From NCBI GenBank assembly GCA_047602405.1, contig JASGHJ010000001.1, positions 704,001-768,000 on the forward strand: a stretch of DNA of 64,000 nucleotides, written 5' to 3'. Shown piece after piece: positions 10,467 through 19,506 of the stretch. How positions within the stretch are numbered: position 1 is the first letter of the stretch; every line of letters starts with the position of its first letter. The position numbers and the translations under genes are program-made. This stretch comes from Anaeromyxobacteraceae bacterium. GTDB taxonomy: Bacteria; Myxococcota; Myxococcia; Myxococcales; Anaeromyxobacteraceae. Below the pieces are notes generated by a model. It was not told the origin of the DNA, made no database searches, and was given only the letters and a program-made list of their open reading frames with translations.

Positions 10467-11085
10467 TCAGCCCTTCAGCTTCCGCTCCTCGCCGCGCATG
10501 AGCCGCCCGATGTTCTCGGCGTGGCGGATCACGATGAGGAGCCCGAGCACGACCGCGGTCCAGCTCTCGGGCGCGCGCCCGCCGAAGGTCACGAACGTCC
10601 CGGCGACGCACGCCGCCGTGCCGGCGAGCGAGCCGACCGACGAGATGCGCGTCGCGAGGTACGAGAGGCCGTAGACCAGCATGCCCGCGAGCGCAGCCCA
10701 CGGCGCGAGCACGAGGAACACGCCGAGCGCGGTCGCGACGCCCTTCCCGCCCTTGCCGCCGCGCCAGAGGAGCCAGAATCGGGTAGAGGTGCCCCGCGAA
10801 GGCCGCGACCGCGGTCGCGAGCGCGTAGACCTCGACGCCCGTGCCGGCGAGGAACCAGCGCGCCACGAGGAGCGGGATGATCGCCTTCAAGGCATCCAGC
10901 ACGAGCACCAGGATGCCCAGCTTCTTGCCGCCCGCCCGCGCCACGTTGGTCGCGCCGATGTTCCCCGAGCCGACGCTGCGCACGTCGACGCCGAGGAGCA
11001 GGCGGGCGACGACGACGCCCCACGAGATGGAGCCGGAGAGGTAGCCGTAGACGACGAGGATGACGCCCAGGACGTGGGGATTCAC
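10467..11085 (-). CDS. plsY: Glycerol-3-phosphate acyltransferase PlsY, one apparent +1 frameshift at about 10778 (probable sequencing error)
   Basis: GSGNIGATNVAR, GHLYP, GGKGVAT, RHAENIGRL split over two frames; removing one base from GAATC (10776-10780) joins them. Confidence 0.9.
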
Positions 11086-11495
11086 CGCAGCACCTCCCGC
11101 GCCAGCACGAAGACCCAGCTCGCGAGGCCGAGCACGACGCCCGCGGCGACGAGCAGGCGGGCCGTCCGCGGCGAGAGCGCCGGGAGCGGCGCGCCGAGCG
11201 CGAGCCGGACGAGATCGGCCACCGCGAGCGTCCACGCGCCGGCCGCGAGCAGCGTGCCGGCGGGGCTCGACAGGAACGCACCGGCGAGGTCGCCGTGCGC
11301 GAGCGCGACGAAGGCGTGCGTCATCCCGCAGGTCGGGCACGGCAGGTGGAAGAGCGCCCTCGACGGGCAGACGTACGGCACGGACAGCACCGGGAAGAAC
11401 CGCGCGACCGCGAACGACGTCAGCGCGATCGACGCGAAGACCTCGGCGTGGCCGAAGGTCCGGTGCGTCGTGGTGGTGGCCTCGCCCGTCGACAT
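11082..11495 (-). CDS. DUF2752-like membrane protein
   Basis: CP..LFHLPCPTCGMTHAF motif plus TM helices. Confidence 0.8.
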   Translation of the reverse strand: MSTGEATTTTHRTFGHAEVFASIALTSFAVARFFPVLSVPYVCPSRALFHLPCPTCGMTHAFVALAHGDLAGAFLSSPAGTLLAAGAWTLAVADLVRLALGAPLPALSPRTARLLVAAGVVLGLASWVFVLAREVLR

Positions 11496-11505
11496 CGAGG
11501 CTCCC

Positions 11506-12219
11506 CTACTGCCCGCCGGCGCCGGTCGCCAGCTGGAAGGTCTTCACGAGCGTGAACATGCCGGCGAGCCACGGCCGGATGCCGAACAGGATGACGACGA
11601 GCCCGGGCGTGAGGACCGCGACCGCCGCCTGCCAGAGCGCGCAGCGCTGCGCGGCCTGCACGCCGAAGACGAGCGCGGCGAGCAGCCAGACCGCCACGAG
11701 CGGGAAGCCGCAGACCGGCACCGCGAGGAGCAGCGTGAGGCCGAAGGCGTAGCCGGCGACCGTGAGCGTCGCGTCGAAGCCGCGGGAGTGGGCCCGCAAG
11801 AGGACCAGCATCGCGTGGATGGCGACGGCGCCGAGGAAGAGCCCGACCAGCACCTTCACCGGCGCGGTGAGCGCCTCGGCGAGGGAGAACCCGGTCGCGA
11901 GGTACGGCAGGTACCGGTCCACGAGCCGAGAGCCGCCGGGCCCGAGCTGCAGCGCGACGTCGCGGGAGGCGTCCCACCAGTGCAGCCGGTTGAGCGCCGA
12001 CCAGAAGCTCGCGACGAAGAGGCCGATCGAGCCGGAGACGAGCCCGAACAGCGCGGCGGTGCCGCTCCGGTCGATCTTGAGCGACTCGAAGAACGCGCCG
12101 GGCTTGAACGCGACGAGCCGGAACGTCTCGCGCCAGGCGGCGACGAGCCCGAGCGTCCGGCGCTCCACCCAGGGTGCCTCGAGCTCCGAGGTCCCCGCCC
12201 CCTCCGCCTCCGCGGCCAT
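11506..12219 (-). CDS. Yip1-domain membrane protein
   Basis: PWVER..KP..FF start, multiple TM helices; paralogous to the adjacent gene (GFDATLTVAGYA vs GFDATITVVGYA). Confidence 0.75.
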   Translation of the reverse strand: MAAEAEGAGTSELEAPWVERRTLGLVAAWRETFRLVAFKPGAFFESLKIDRSGTAALFGLVSGSIGLFVASFWSALNRLHWWDASRDVALQLGPGGSRLVDRYLPYLATGFSLAEALTAPVKVLVGLFLGAVAIHAMLVLLRAHSRGFDATLTVAGYAFGLTLLLAVPVCGFPLVAVWLLAALVFGVQAAQRCALWQAAVAVLTPGLVVILFGIRPWLAGMFTLVKTFQLATGAGGQ

Positions 12220-12222
12220 GCC

Positions 12223-13203
12223 CTAGACGTCCACCGGCTTGCCGGTGGCGGCGCCGAGCGCCTTCAGCGCGGCCGCGGCGCCCGCGCCGATGATCCCGCC
12301 GCAGCAGCAGCACGCGAGGACGAGCGGCGTGAGCACGGCGGCGGCGGCCTTGCCGGTCGTCGTCCGCTGCGCGGCCGCGAGGCCGATGATGTAGGCGACG
12401 AGCACCCAGACGGCGGCGATGAGGCTGCCGCAGGCGGGCACCGCGGCGAGGAGCTGCAGGCCCATCGCGTAGCCGACGACGGTGATCGTCGCGTCGAAGC
12501 CGCGGCCCGCGCCCTTGAAGAGCATGAGGAGCAGGTGGATGATCCCGCCGCCGAGGTAGATGCCGACGAGCGCGGAGACGGGCGCGGCGATCATCTGGTA
12601 CGCCGTGCCGGCGCCGCCCATGTACGGCATGAGCTTCTCGAGGAACTCGGCCTGCTCCGGGCCCATCTGGTCGATCATCTGGCGCATCGCGACCATCGCC
12701 TGCGCGCCGGCGGCCCAGGAGTAGAGCGCCGAGACGACCTGCCCGATGGTCGCGCCGATGACGCCGAAGAGGACCGCGCTGCCGGGCCGGTCGATGCGGA
12801 CGCGCCCGAAGAAGTCCTGAGGCTTCGTCGCGACGAGCTTCCAGGTCTCGACGTAGCCGTTGAAGAAGCCGAGGCGATCGCGCTCGACCCAGGGCGACGG
12901 GATGCCCTCCGGGCCGCGGCCGCCGGGGGGCGGGCCGCCGAACCCACCGCCGCCAGACCCGCCCGTGCCGCCGGGCGGCGGACCGTAGCCGCCCGCGGGC
13001 GGAGGGGGCGGAGGCGGGAAGGCCTCGTTCGACGGCGGGGGTGGCGGGAGCGTCTCGGCGCCGGAGGGCGGCGGGGCCGGAGGCGCCGGCGCAGTCGCGT
13101 TCGGATCGGCGAGCATGAGATCCGAGCCGCAGTGCGGGCACTTCTGGAGCCCGAAGCGGTCGGTCGTGAAGTCGTTCTGGCAGCGAGCGCAGCGCGCGAG
13201 CAT
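12223..13203 (-). CDS. Zinc-ribbon + Pro/Gly linker + Yip1-domain membrane protein
   Basis: CARC..CPHC, Pro/Gly-rich linker, TM domain, CCCC near the C-terminus. Confidence 0.8.
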   Translation of the reverse strand: MLARCARCQNDFTTDRFGLQKCPHCGSDLMLADPNATAPAPPAPPPSGAETLPPPPPSNEAFPPPPPPPAGGYGPPPGGTGGSGGGGFGGPPPGGRGPEGIPSPWVERDRLGFFNGYVETWKLVATKPQDFFGRVRIDRPGSAVLFGVIGATIGQVVSALYSWAAGAQAMVAMRQMIDQMGPEQAEFLEKLMPYMGGAGTAYQMIAAPVSALVGIYLGGGIIHLLLMLFKGAGRGFDATITVVGYAMGLQLLAAVPACGSLIAAVWVLVAYIIGLAAAQRTTTGKAAAAVLTPLVLACCCCGGIIGAGAAAALKALGAATGKPVDV

Positions 13204-13274
13204 GTGCGGGATGCTAGCCCATCCGTGTGGCCTACGGCAGGGCTACGCGGCGGGAGCTGCGATATTTCCGGCCC

Positions 13275-13577
13275 CTACTCCCGCAGCGCGTTGACCTCGT
13301 CCACGTTGAGCGCGCCGCGGGTGCGGAAGATCGCGATCACGATGGCGAGGCCGACCGCGGCCTCGGCGGCCGCGACGGCGATGATGAAGAACGCGATGGC
13401 GTGGCCGCCGACGTCGCCGTGCTGGCGGGCGAACGCGACGAACGTGAGGTTCGCGGCGTTCAGCATGAGCTCGATGCTCATCATGAGGATGAGCGCGTTG
13501 CGCTTGATGAGCACGCCGGCGAGGCCGATCGTGAAGAGGATCGCGGCGAGCCAGAGGTACCAGGTGAGCGGGACCAT
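13275..13577 (-). CDS. nuoK: NADH-quinone oxidoreductase subunit K
   Basis: SIELMLNAANL, AVAAAEAAVGLAI. Confidence 0.97.
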   Translation of the reverse strand: MVPLTWYLWLAAILFTIGLAGVLIKRNALILMMSIELMLNAANLTFVAFARQHGDVGGHAIAFFIIAVAAAEAAVGLAIVIAIFRTRGALNVDEVNALRE

Positions 13578-13581
13578 GGCT

Positions 13582-14094
13582 TTAGATCCGCTCCTTCGCG
13601 ACGACCACCGCGCCCACGATGGCGACGAGGAGCAAGAGGCTCGTCACCTCGAACGGCAGGAGGTACTGGGTGAAGAGGATCTGCCCGACCGCCTTCACGG
13701 TGCCGAACTTCGCCTGGTCGACGTCCGCGTACTGGAGCGCGCCGGGGAGGTTCGCGATGGCGGCGGAGACGATCGCGAAGAGCGCGCCCGCGCCGAGCAC
13801 GCCCGCCCACTGCCAGGGCTTCCGGCGCTCGGGCTCGAGGTGCTCGTCGCCGAGCGAGAGCAGCATGATCACGAAGAGGAAGAGCACCATCACCGCGCCC
13901 GCGTACACGAGGATCTGCATGAACGCGATGAGGTGGGCGACGAGCAGCACGTAGATGCCCGCCATGAAGAAGAACGCGGCGACGAGGTTCATCGCGGCGT
14001 ACACGGGGCTCCTCGCGAGGATCACGCCGAACGCCGTCGCGACGAGCGGCACCGCGAAGATCACGAAGGTGACCGTCTCCCGGTTGAGCTCCAT
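13582..14094 (-). CDS. nuoJ: NADH-quinone oxidoreductase subunit J
   Basis: QILVYAGAVMVLFLFVIMLL, YLLPFEVTSLLLLVAIVGAV. Confidence 0.97.
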   Translation of the reverse strand: MELNRETVTFVIFAVPLVATAFGVILARSPVYAAMNLVAAFFFMAGIYVLLVAHLIAFMQILVYAGAVMVLFLFVIMLLSLGDEHLEPERRKPWQWAGVLGAGALFAIVSAAIANLPGALQYADVDQAKFGTVKAVGQILFTQYLLPFEVTSLLLLVAIVGAVVVAKERI

Positions 14095-14095
14095 C

Positions 14096-15421
14096 TCAGA
14101 CCCTCATGGGCCCGATGAGGGCCTCGCGGGTGGACTGCGTCAGCCCCCAGGCGTGCTCGCCCTGCGGGCAGCGCCGCTCCTCGCAGTGGCGGAGGAACTC
14201 GGCCCGGAACTTCTTCACGAACGACTGCACCGGCATCGCCGCGGCGTCGCCGAGCGCGCAGATCGTGTTGCCCCCGACGTTGCCGGCGACCTGCTCGAGG
14301 CGGGCGACGTCGGCCGCGGTCGCCTCGCCGTGCTCGATGCGGTGGAGGATGCCCTCCATCCACGGCGTGCCCTCGCGGCAGGGCGTGCACTGGCCGCAGG
14401 ACTCCTCCGCGTAGAACTTCGAGATGCGGGCGAGCGCGCGGACCATGCAGGTCGACTCGTCGAAGACGATGATGCCGCCCGAGCCCGCCATGGTGCCGGC
14501 GGCCTTGAGCGCGTCGAACTCGAGCGAGACGTCGATCTCGGAGGCGGCGAGCACCGGGGCGGACGAGCCGCCGGGGATGACCGCCTTGACCGCGCGGCCG
14601 TCGGGCGGCCCGCCGCAGTCCTCCATGATGAGCTTCTTGAGGTTGTAGTGGACCGGCTTCTCGTACACGCCGGGCCGCTTCACGTGGCCGGAGACGCAGA
14701 AGAGCCGCGTGCCGCCGGACTTGCCGGTGCCGAGCGCCGCGAAGGCGTCGCCGCCGTGCTGGACGATCCACGGCACGTTCGCGAGCGTCTCGACGTTGTT
14801 GATGATGGTGGGCTTGCCCCACAGGCCGACGACGGCGGGGAACGGCGGCTTGAGGCGCGGGTAGCCCTTCTTGCCCTCGAGCGACTCGAGCAGCGCCGAC
14901 TCCTCGCCGCAGATGTACGCGCCCGCGCCGCGGTGCACGTGGATCTCGAGGTCGAAGTCCTTCTTGCCGCCGAGCTTCGCGCCGAGGAGCCCGGCCGCGC
15001 GCGCCTCCTGGAGCGCCTTCTCGAGGATGCGGGCCTGCTTCGCGAACTCGCCGCGGATGTAGACGTAGGCGAGGTGGATGTCGAGCGCCCAGCAGGTGAT
15101 CGCGATGCCCTCGATCAGCTGGTGCGGCTCGTGCTCGACGATGTAGCGGTCCTTGAAGGTGCCCGGCTCGGACTCGTCGCAGTTGACGGTCAGGTAGCGG
15201 GGGCGGACGTCCTTCGGGAGGAAGGTCCACTTCAGGCCGGTCGCGAAGCCTGCGCCGCCGCGGCCGCGGAGGTTGGACTTCTTGACCTCCTCGACGATCG
15301 CGCCCGGCTCCATCGCGAGCGCCTTCTCGAGGGCCTGGTAGCCGCCGTCCGCGCGGTAGGACTCGAGCGTGGCCGAGTTCGGCTTGCCCCAGCGCTTCGT
15401 CAGGATCAGGGTCTCGCTCAC
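14096..15421 (-). CDS. nuoF: NADH-quinone oxidoreductase subunit F
   Basis: LRGRGGAGF, ESEPGTFKDR, GAGAYICGEE, ESCGQCTPCREG; GTG start overlaps the nuoE stop. Confidence 0.97.
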   Translation of the reverse strand: MSETLILTKRWGKPNSATLESYRADGGYQALEKALAMEPGAIVEEVKKSNLRGRGGAGFATGLKWTFLPKDVRPRYLTVNCDESEPGTFKDRYIVEHEPHQLIEGIAITCWALDIHLAYVYIRGEFAKQARILEKALQEARAAGLLGAKLGGKKDFDLEIHVHRGAGAYICGEESALLESLEGKKGYPRLKPPFPAVVGLWGKPTIINNVETLANVPWIVQHGGDAFAALGTGKSGGTRLFCVSGHVKRPGVYEKPVHYNLKKLIMEDCGGPPDGRAVKAVIPGGSSAPVLAASEIDVSLEFDALKAAGTMAGSGGIIVFDESTCMVRALARISKFYAEESCGQCTPCREGTPWMEGILHRIEHGEATAADVARLEQVAGNVGGNTICALGDAAAMPVQSFVKKFRAEFLRHCEERRCPQGEHAWGLTQSTREALIGPMRV

Positions 15422-15933
15422 TCGAGGCTCCCGAGGATGCGGTCCACTTCGGCCGGGGTCAGCCGCTCGTACATCTCCTCGTCGACGAGCATGGCCGGCG
15501 CGGTGCCGCAGGCGCCGAGGCACTCGACCTCGCGCAGCGTGAACTTGCCGTCGGCGGTCGTGCCGCCGTTCTCGACCCCGAGCTTCCGGCGGAGGTGCTC
15601 GTAGAGCCGCTCCGCGCCCGAGAGGCAGCACGAGACGTTCGTGCACACCTCGACGAGGTGCCGCCCGACCGGCTTCGTGTGGAACATCACGTAGAAGGTC
15701 GCGACCTCCTCGGCGCGCGCGGGCGAGGTGCCCAGGCGCTCGGCCGCGAGGTGCTGCACGGCGGGCGAGAGGTGGCCGAAGATCTCCTGGCCGATGCGGA
15801 GGGCCGGGAGCATCGCGGAGGCCTTGCGGTCCGGCGGGTAGCGCTTCAGGACCTCGGCGAGCTCGTGGTCGAAGCGCTGCACCTTGTCGCGCGGCAGGTC
15901 TTCCACCACGCTCGTGGGCGGCGTCTGCGTCAT
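15418..15933 (-). CDS. nuoE: NADH-quinone oxidoreductase subunit E
   Basis: VATFY, CTNVSC, ECLGAC 2Fe-2S motifs. Confidence 0.96.
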   Translation of the reverse strand: MTQTPPTSVVEDLPRDKVQRFDHELAEVLKRYPPDRKASAMLPALRIGQEIFGHLSPAVQHLAAERLGTSPARAEEVATFYVMFHTKPVGRHLVEVCTNVSCCLSGAERLYEHLRRKLGVENGGTTADGKFTLREVECLGACGTAPAMLVDEEMYERLTPAEVDRILGSLE

Positions 15934-15993
15934 GGGGTCAGTCGTCCGGAAACCGCTGGAAGCTCTGGTGAAATACGGGGGGTGAGCGACCGG

Positions 15994-16022
15994 AAGCTAT
16001 GGGGGTGACCGGTCGAAGTCAA
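15994..16022 (-). promoter_or_regulatory. Candidate sigma70-type promoter of nuoE
   Basis: Minus strand TTGACT, 17 bp, TAGCTT. Confidence 0.6.
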
Positions 16023-16077
16023 GGAGATCCGGCCCGGTGTCCGGCCCGGGCGGGCGATCGCCGGACCGGCCCCGGAG

Positions 16078-16521
16078 TCACAGGCGCTTCCGCATGACGA
16101 CGTGGGCGATGCCGGCCTCCTCGAAGACGTCGCCGGCGCGGACGTACCCGGCCCGAGCGTAGAAGGCCTCGACGTGGCACTGGGCGTGGAGCTCGACCTC
16201 CGGGAGGCCCTGCCGGCGGGCCTCGACCTCCAGCGCCTCGAGCAGGCGCGCGCCGATCCGGCCGCGGCGCGCCGCGGGGTCGACGGCCATCCGGCCGACG
16301 CGCGCGACGGGGCCCTCCGGGTTCTCCTGCCGGTACATGCGGCCGGTGCCCACGGCGCGCCCCTGCCCGTCGAGCGCGATCACGTGGAATGCGTGGGCGT
16401 CGTGCTCGTCCCGCTCGAGCTCCTCCGGGACCTTCTGCTCGACGACGAAGACCCGGATGCGCAGGTCCATCGCGGCGTCGCGGAGGGCCTGCGTGTCGGC
16501 GGTGCGGACGGTGACGGTCAT
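16078..16521 (-). CDS. GNAT acetyltransferase (ElaA/YjcF-like)
   Basis: RIRVFVVEQKVP, VGRMAV, LHAQ..FYAR.GY..F.EAGIAHVVM. Confidence 0.9.
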   Translation of the reverse strand: MTVTVRTADTQALRDAAMDLRIRVFVVEQKVPEELERDEHDAHAFHVIALDGQGRAVGTGRMYRQENPEGPVARVGRMAVDPAARRGRIGARLLEALEVEARRQGLPEVELHAQCHVEAFYARAGYVRAGDVFEEAGIAHVVMRKRL

Positions 16522-16530
16522 GGGGCCCTG

Positions 16531-16569
16531 AAAATACGACGCCCGCCGCGCTTTCGCACGGCGGGCATC
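16531..16569 (-). terminator. Rho-independent terminator downstream of the HU gene
   Basis: Minus strand GCCCGCCGTGC-GAAA-GCGCGGCGGGC followed by GTCGTATTTT. Confidence 0.65.
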
Positions 16570-16588
16570 CTATGCCAGCGCTCGAGCC

Positions 16589-16657
16589 CCGCTCATCCTG
16601 AGTCCTTCGACTCCGCCGCCTGACGGCGGCTACGCTCAGGATGAACGAAGTCGAAGG
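16589..16657. repeat. REP-like family A, compound (nested) copy 2
   Basis: CCGCTCATCCTGAG + complete inverted inner copy + AAGTCGAAGG. Confidence 0.85.
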
Positions 16658-16662
16658 TCGAG

Positions 16663-16950
16663 TTACTTCTTCGCCTTCTTGTTGAAGAGGTCCTTCATCG
16701 CCTTGGCCGGCGTGATCTTGATCGCCGTGCGGGCCGGGATCTTGATCTGCTCGCCCGTCGCCGGGTTGCGGCCGATGCGGGCCTTGCGGTCCACGAGCTT
16801 CACCGCGCCGAGACCGCCGAGCGGGATCTTGCCCTCGGCCTTGAGGCGCTTGGTCACGACCTCCTCGACCGCCGTGAAGACCGCGCGGACCTGGACCTTG
16901 GAAAGCTGCGAACCCTCGGCCACCGCCTGGAAGAACTGAGCCTGCGTCAT
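16663..16950 (-). CDS. HU-family DNA-binding protein
   Basis: RKARIGRNPATGEQIKIPA signature. Confidence 0.95.
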   Translation of the reverse strand: MTQAQFFQAVAEGSQLSKVQVRAVFTAVEEVVTKRLKAEGKIPLGGLGAVKLVDRKARIGRNPATGEQIKIPARTAIKITPAKAMKDLFNKKAKK

Positions 16951-17129
16951 TTCAGAAGCCTCCTGTCGTCCGCCATGGGGCGGCGAGTGGCTAGCCTGAT
17001 ATCGCTTCCCGATCCCGGCGTCAACTTCCCGATCGCACGATCACCCTGGAAATGGCCTTGATCGTGCGATCTGGATCTCTGAAATCACTGGGAGACGCCC
17101 TTTTCCGGGCGTCGCACCCCCTCTAAGGA

Positions 17130-18266
17130 TCAGTGCCCCCGGAAGGCCGCCAGGATCTCGAACGCGATGAGCAGGATGACCACGATCTCGAGGAGCTCGG
17201 ACCGGTTCGTGTCGGCCGCGTCGCCGATGAGCTCGTTCACGTCGGCGAGCAGCTTCTGCTTGCGGAGCACGGCCTCCTGCCAGCGGTCCAGGCGGAACCG
17301 GCGCACGGCCGCCTGGTAGACGCGGGCGAGGTAGAAGTCGCCGACGATCTTCACCGCGTTCTCGAGGCGCTCGATCATCTCGGAGATGTCGAGGAGCAGC
17401 GCCGCCGTCCGCCGCTGCAGCCTGCGGTACCGGCGCGTGAAGATCGCGACGAGCGGCGCGACCTTCCGCTCGAGCTCGTCGTAGATGGCGTGCAGCTCCC
17501 GGTCGAGCAGCGCGTCGTAGTAGCGCAGCTCGAGGAGCTGCGCGGTCGCGAGCTCCAGCAGGTCCGGGATGTCGCCGACGCCGGAGGGTTCCCAGACGAA
17601 GGCGGAGTTCCAGTGGACCACCGCGAGGTCGTCGACGAGGTACGAGTGCCGGTTCGAGAGCACGTCCGTCCGCTCGGCCTCCGAGAGCGGCTTCGCGCTC
17701 GTCTCGCCGAGGAGCAGCTCCGCGATCGGCGCCTGCGCGAGCACGGCGTCGGCGGTCCACGGCCCGCCCTCGAGCGCGTGCACCAGGAACACCTGGTAGC
17801 TCTCGAGCCCCTCCCAGCCGTGCGCCTCCTCGAGCGCGGGCGCGAGCGCGCGGGCGAGCTCCTCGGCCTCGCGGCGGGCGGCGCCGTCGAGCGCGGGCGT
17901 GGGGTGGACGAACAGCTCCTCGGCGAGGGGCACGAGCGCGCCGATCGGCGTGCCGGGCGCGATGGGGAGGCGGTAGCGGATGGAGACGACGCCGTAGTCG
18001 TAGATCGCGGCGCTGGCCTCGCCGCGGCGCACGCCGGACGCGAGCGGCACGTCGCGCACGCCCAGGGCGACCTCGACCGGCGGCCGCGGCAGCTCGACCG
18101 CGCTCGCCGACTGCGCGCCCTCGAGGCGCAGGCGCGCGCTCGGGCCGGTGGCGCTCGCGGCCGCGACCGCGCGCTCCGCCGCCGCCAGATCGACGGCCTC
18201 GGCGACGTCGAACAGGCGGTAGACGACGACTTCTCCGGTGAGGACTCGGGGTCCGAGGGTCGTCAC
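17130..18266 (-). CDS. RMD1/DUF155-like conserved protein
   Basis: YDYGVVSI, QLLELRYYD, IVGDFYLARVY, C-terminal LEIVVILLIAFE TM helix; start placed at GTG 18266. Confidence 0.65.
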   Translation of the reverse strand: MTTLGPRVLTGEVVVYRLFDVAEAVDLAAAERAVAAASATGPSARLRLEGAQSASAVELPRPPVEVALGVRDVPLASGVRRGEASAAIYDYGVVSIRYRLPIAPGTPIGALVPLAEELFVHPTPALDGAARREAEELARALAPALEEAHGWEGLESYQVFLVHALEGGPWTADAVLAQAPIAELLLGETSAKPLSEAERTDVLSNRHSYLVDDLAVVHWNSAFVWEPSGVGDIPDLLELATAQLLELRYYDALLDRELHAIYDELERKVAPLVAIFTRRYRRLQRRTAALLLDISEMIERLENAVKIVGDFYLARVYQAAVRRFRLDRWQEAVLRKQKLLADVNELIGDAADTNRSELLEIVVILLIAFEILAAFRGH

Positions 18267-18667
18267 GGCGACAGCGTAGCCGTGATCGGGGACACGGTCC
18301 TGCGGGGCGCCAGCTGTCCGGTGTGGGACGCACCGTGGAACGGTGCATTTCTCCACGTCCCTGACGGGTTCGCGCGCCCGCGGCGCCGTCCGGAGCGCGA
18401 CAGATCGTGCCCTCGAGCCACCAGAAAAGTGCTCGAAAGCGTTCACCCATCACGGATCGGGCAGCGCGGACTGCGTACTTTTCCGACCATGCCGGATCCG
18501 CGCACTGCACCTCGCATGGTGAACGCGTCGAAGCGACACTCGAGCGTCACCGTGGCCGTGTCCGGGCGCTCTATACCTACACACCCCGAAGGCGTCCCTG
18601 GAACGTGTCTCTTGTTCCAGCCCGCTGCCGGCGCAAGATACGAAGTGTTCCTGGGGGAGTTCCGAAC

Positions 18668-19354
18668 TTGACCGACGTGCACAATCCGAGGCGCGCCTCT
18701 CGCGTGCCCTTCCGCTGTTCCGTCGAGATCCGCTACGGCCTGCTCAGCTGGCGCGCGGAGACCGAGGACCTCGGCCCGACCGGCTGCCAGATCGTCACGC
18801 CGCGGATCGTGTCGCGGCGGCGCGAGCTCAAGCTCACCTTCCGCGCCGAGGAGCTCGGCATGAAGCCCATCACGGTGAAGGGCACCGTGGTGTGGGCTCG
18901 CCCCGACTCGCCGTCGCGCATCGGCGTCCGCTTCGACGCGGAGACCGACACGACCTGGTTCCAGACGCTGCTCGCGGCGGACCCGTCGATCGCCGGCGAG
19001 GCGGTGCGGATCCCCGAGAGGCTCTCGCCCGACACCCGCATCTACCTCGGCCTCCCTCCGCGGCGCCGCCTGCAGTTCTCGAACGAGGAGCTCGCCGTCC
19101 TGAGAGCGGCCTCCGGGGGATCCACCATCGAGCAGCTCGCGCGCGCCACCGGCGGGGACTTCGAGAAGGCGCGCGGCCGGCTGTTCTCGCTCATCGGCCG
19201 CCGCATGGTCGTGCTCGAGCCGGCCGAGGCCGTCTCGGCGGAGCGCTGGCGCCTGATCCTCGGCGAGGTCATCGGCGCGCGCCGCCACGGCACGCCGGTC
19301 GAGGGCACGCCGGAGCTGCACCTCGTGCGCACGGTCGGCCCGACGGGCGCGTAG
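18668..19354 (+). CDS. PilZ-domain protein
   Basis: RRASR (RxxxR) and DLGPTG (DxxxxG), GTVVWAR..IGVRF; GGGGAG upstream of the TTG start. Confidence 0.8.
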   Translation: MTDVHNPRRASRVPFRCSVEIRYGLLSWRAETEDLGPTGCQIVTPRIVSRRRELKLTFRAEELGMKPITVKGTVVWARPDSPSRIGVRFDAETDTTWFQTLLAADPSIAGEAVRIPERLSPDTRIYLGLPPRRRLQFSNEELAVLRAASGGSTIEQLARATGGDFEKARGRLFSLIGRRMVVLEPAEAVSAERWRLILGEVIGARRHGTPVEGTPELHLVRTVGPTGA

Positions 19355-19380
19355 GCCGCGCGGAAGAGCCTGCAGTGAAC

Positions 19381-19418
19381 AGGGGCGGTCCGCTCGATGC
19401 GGGCCGCCTCAGTGTTTT
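19381..19418 (+). terminator. Probable intrinsic terminator after the PilZ gene
   Basis: GGGGCGGTCCGC..GCGGGCCGCCTC hairpin followed by AGTGTTTT. Confidence 0.55.
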
Positions 19419-19431
19419 CGGGGGCGCTCGT

Positions 19432-19499
19432 CCCTCGACTCCGTTCATCCTGAGCGCAGCCGCGGCAGGCGGCGGAGTCGAAGGACTCAGGATGAGCGG
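19432..19499. repeat. REP-like family A, compound copy 3
   Basis: Near reverse complement of 16589-16657. Confidence 0.85.
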
Positions 19500-19506
19500 C
19501 CGCGAG

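Noticed and set aside
18267..18667. Possible ncRNA or riboswitch in the 400-bp divergent intergenic region
   Set aside because: Only a short inverted repeat (CTGGAAC..GTTCCAG, 18598-18620); no recognisable RNA family motif
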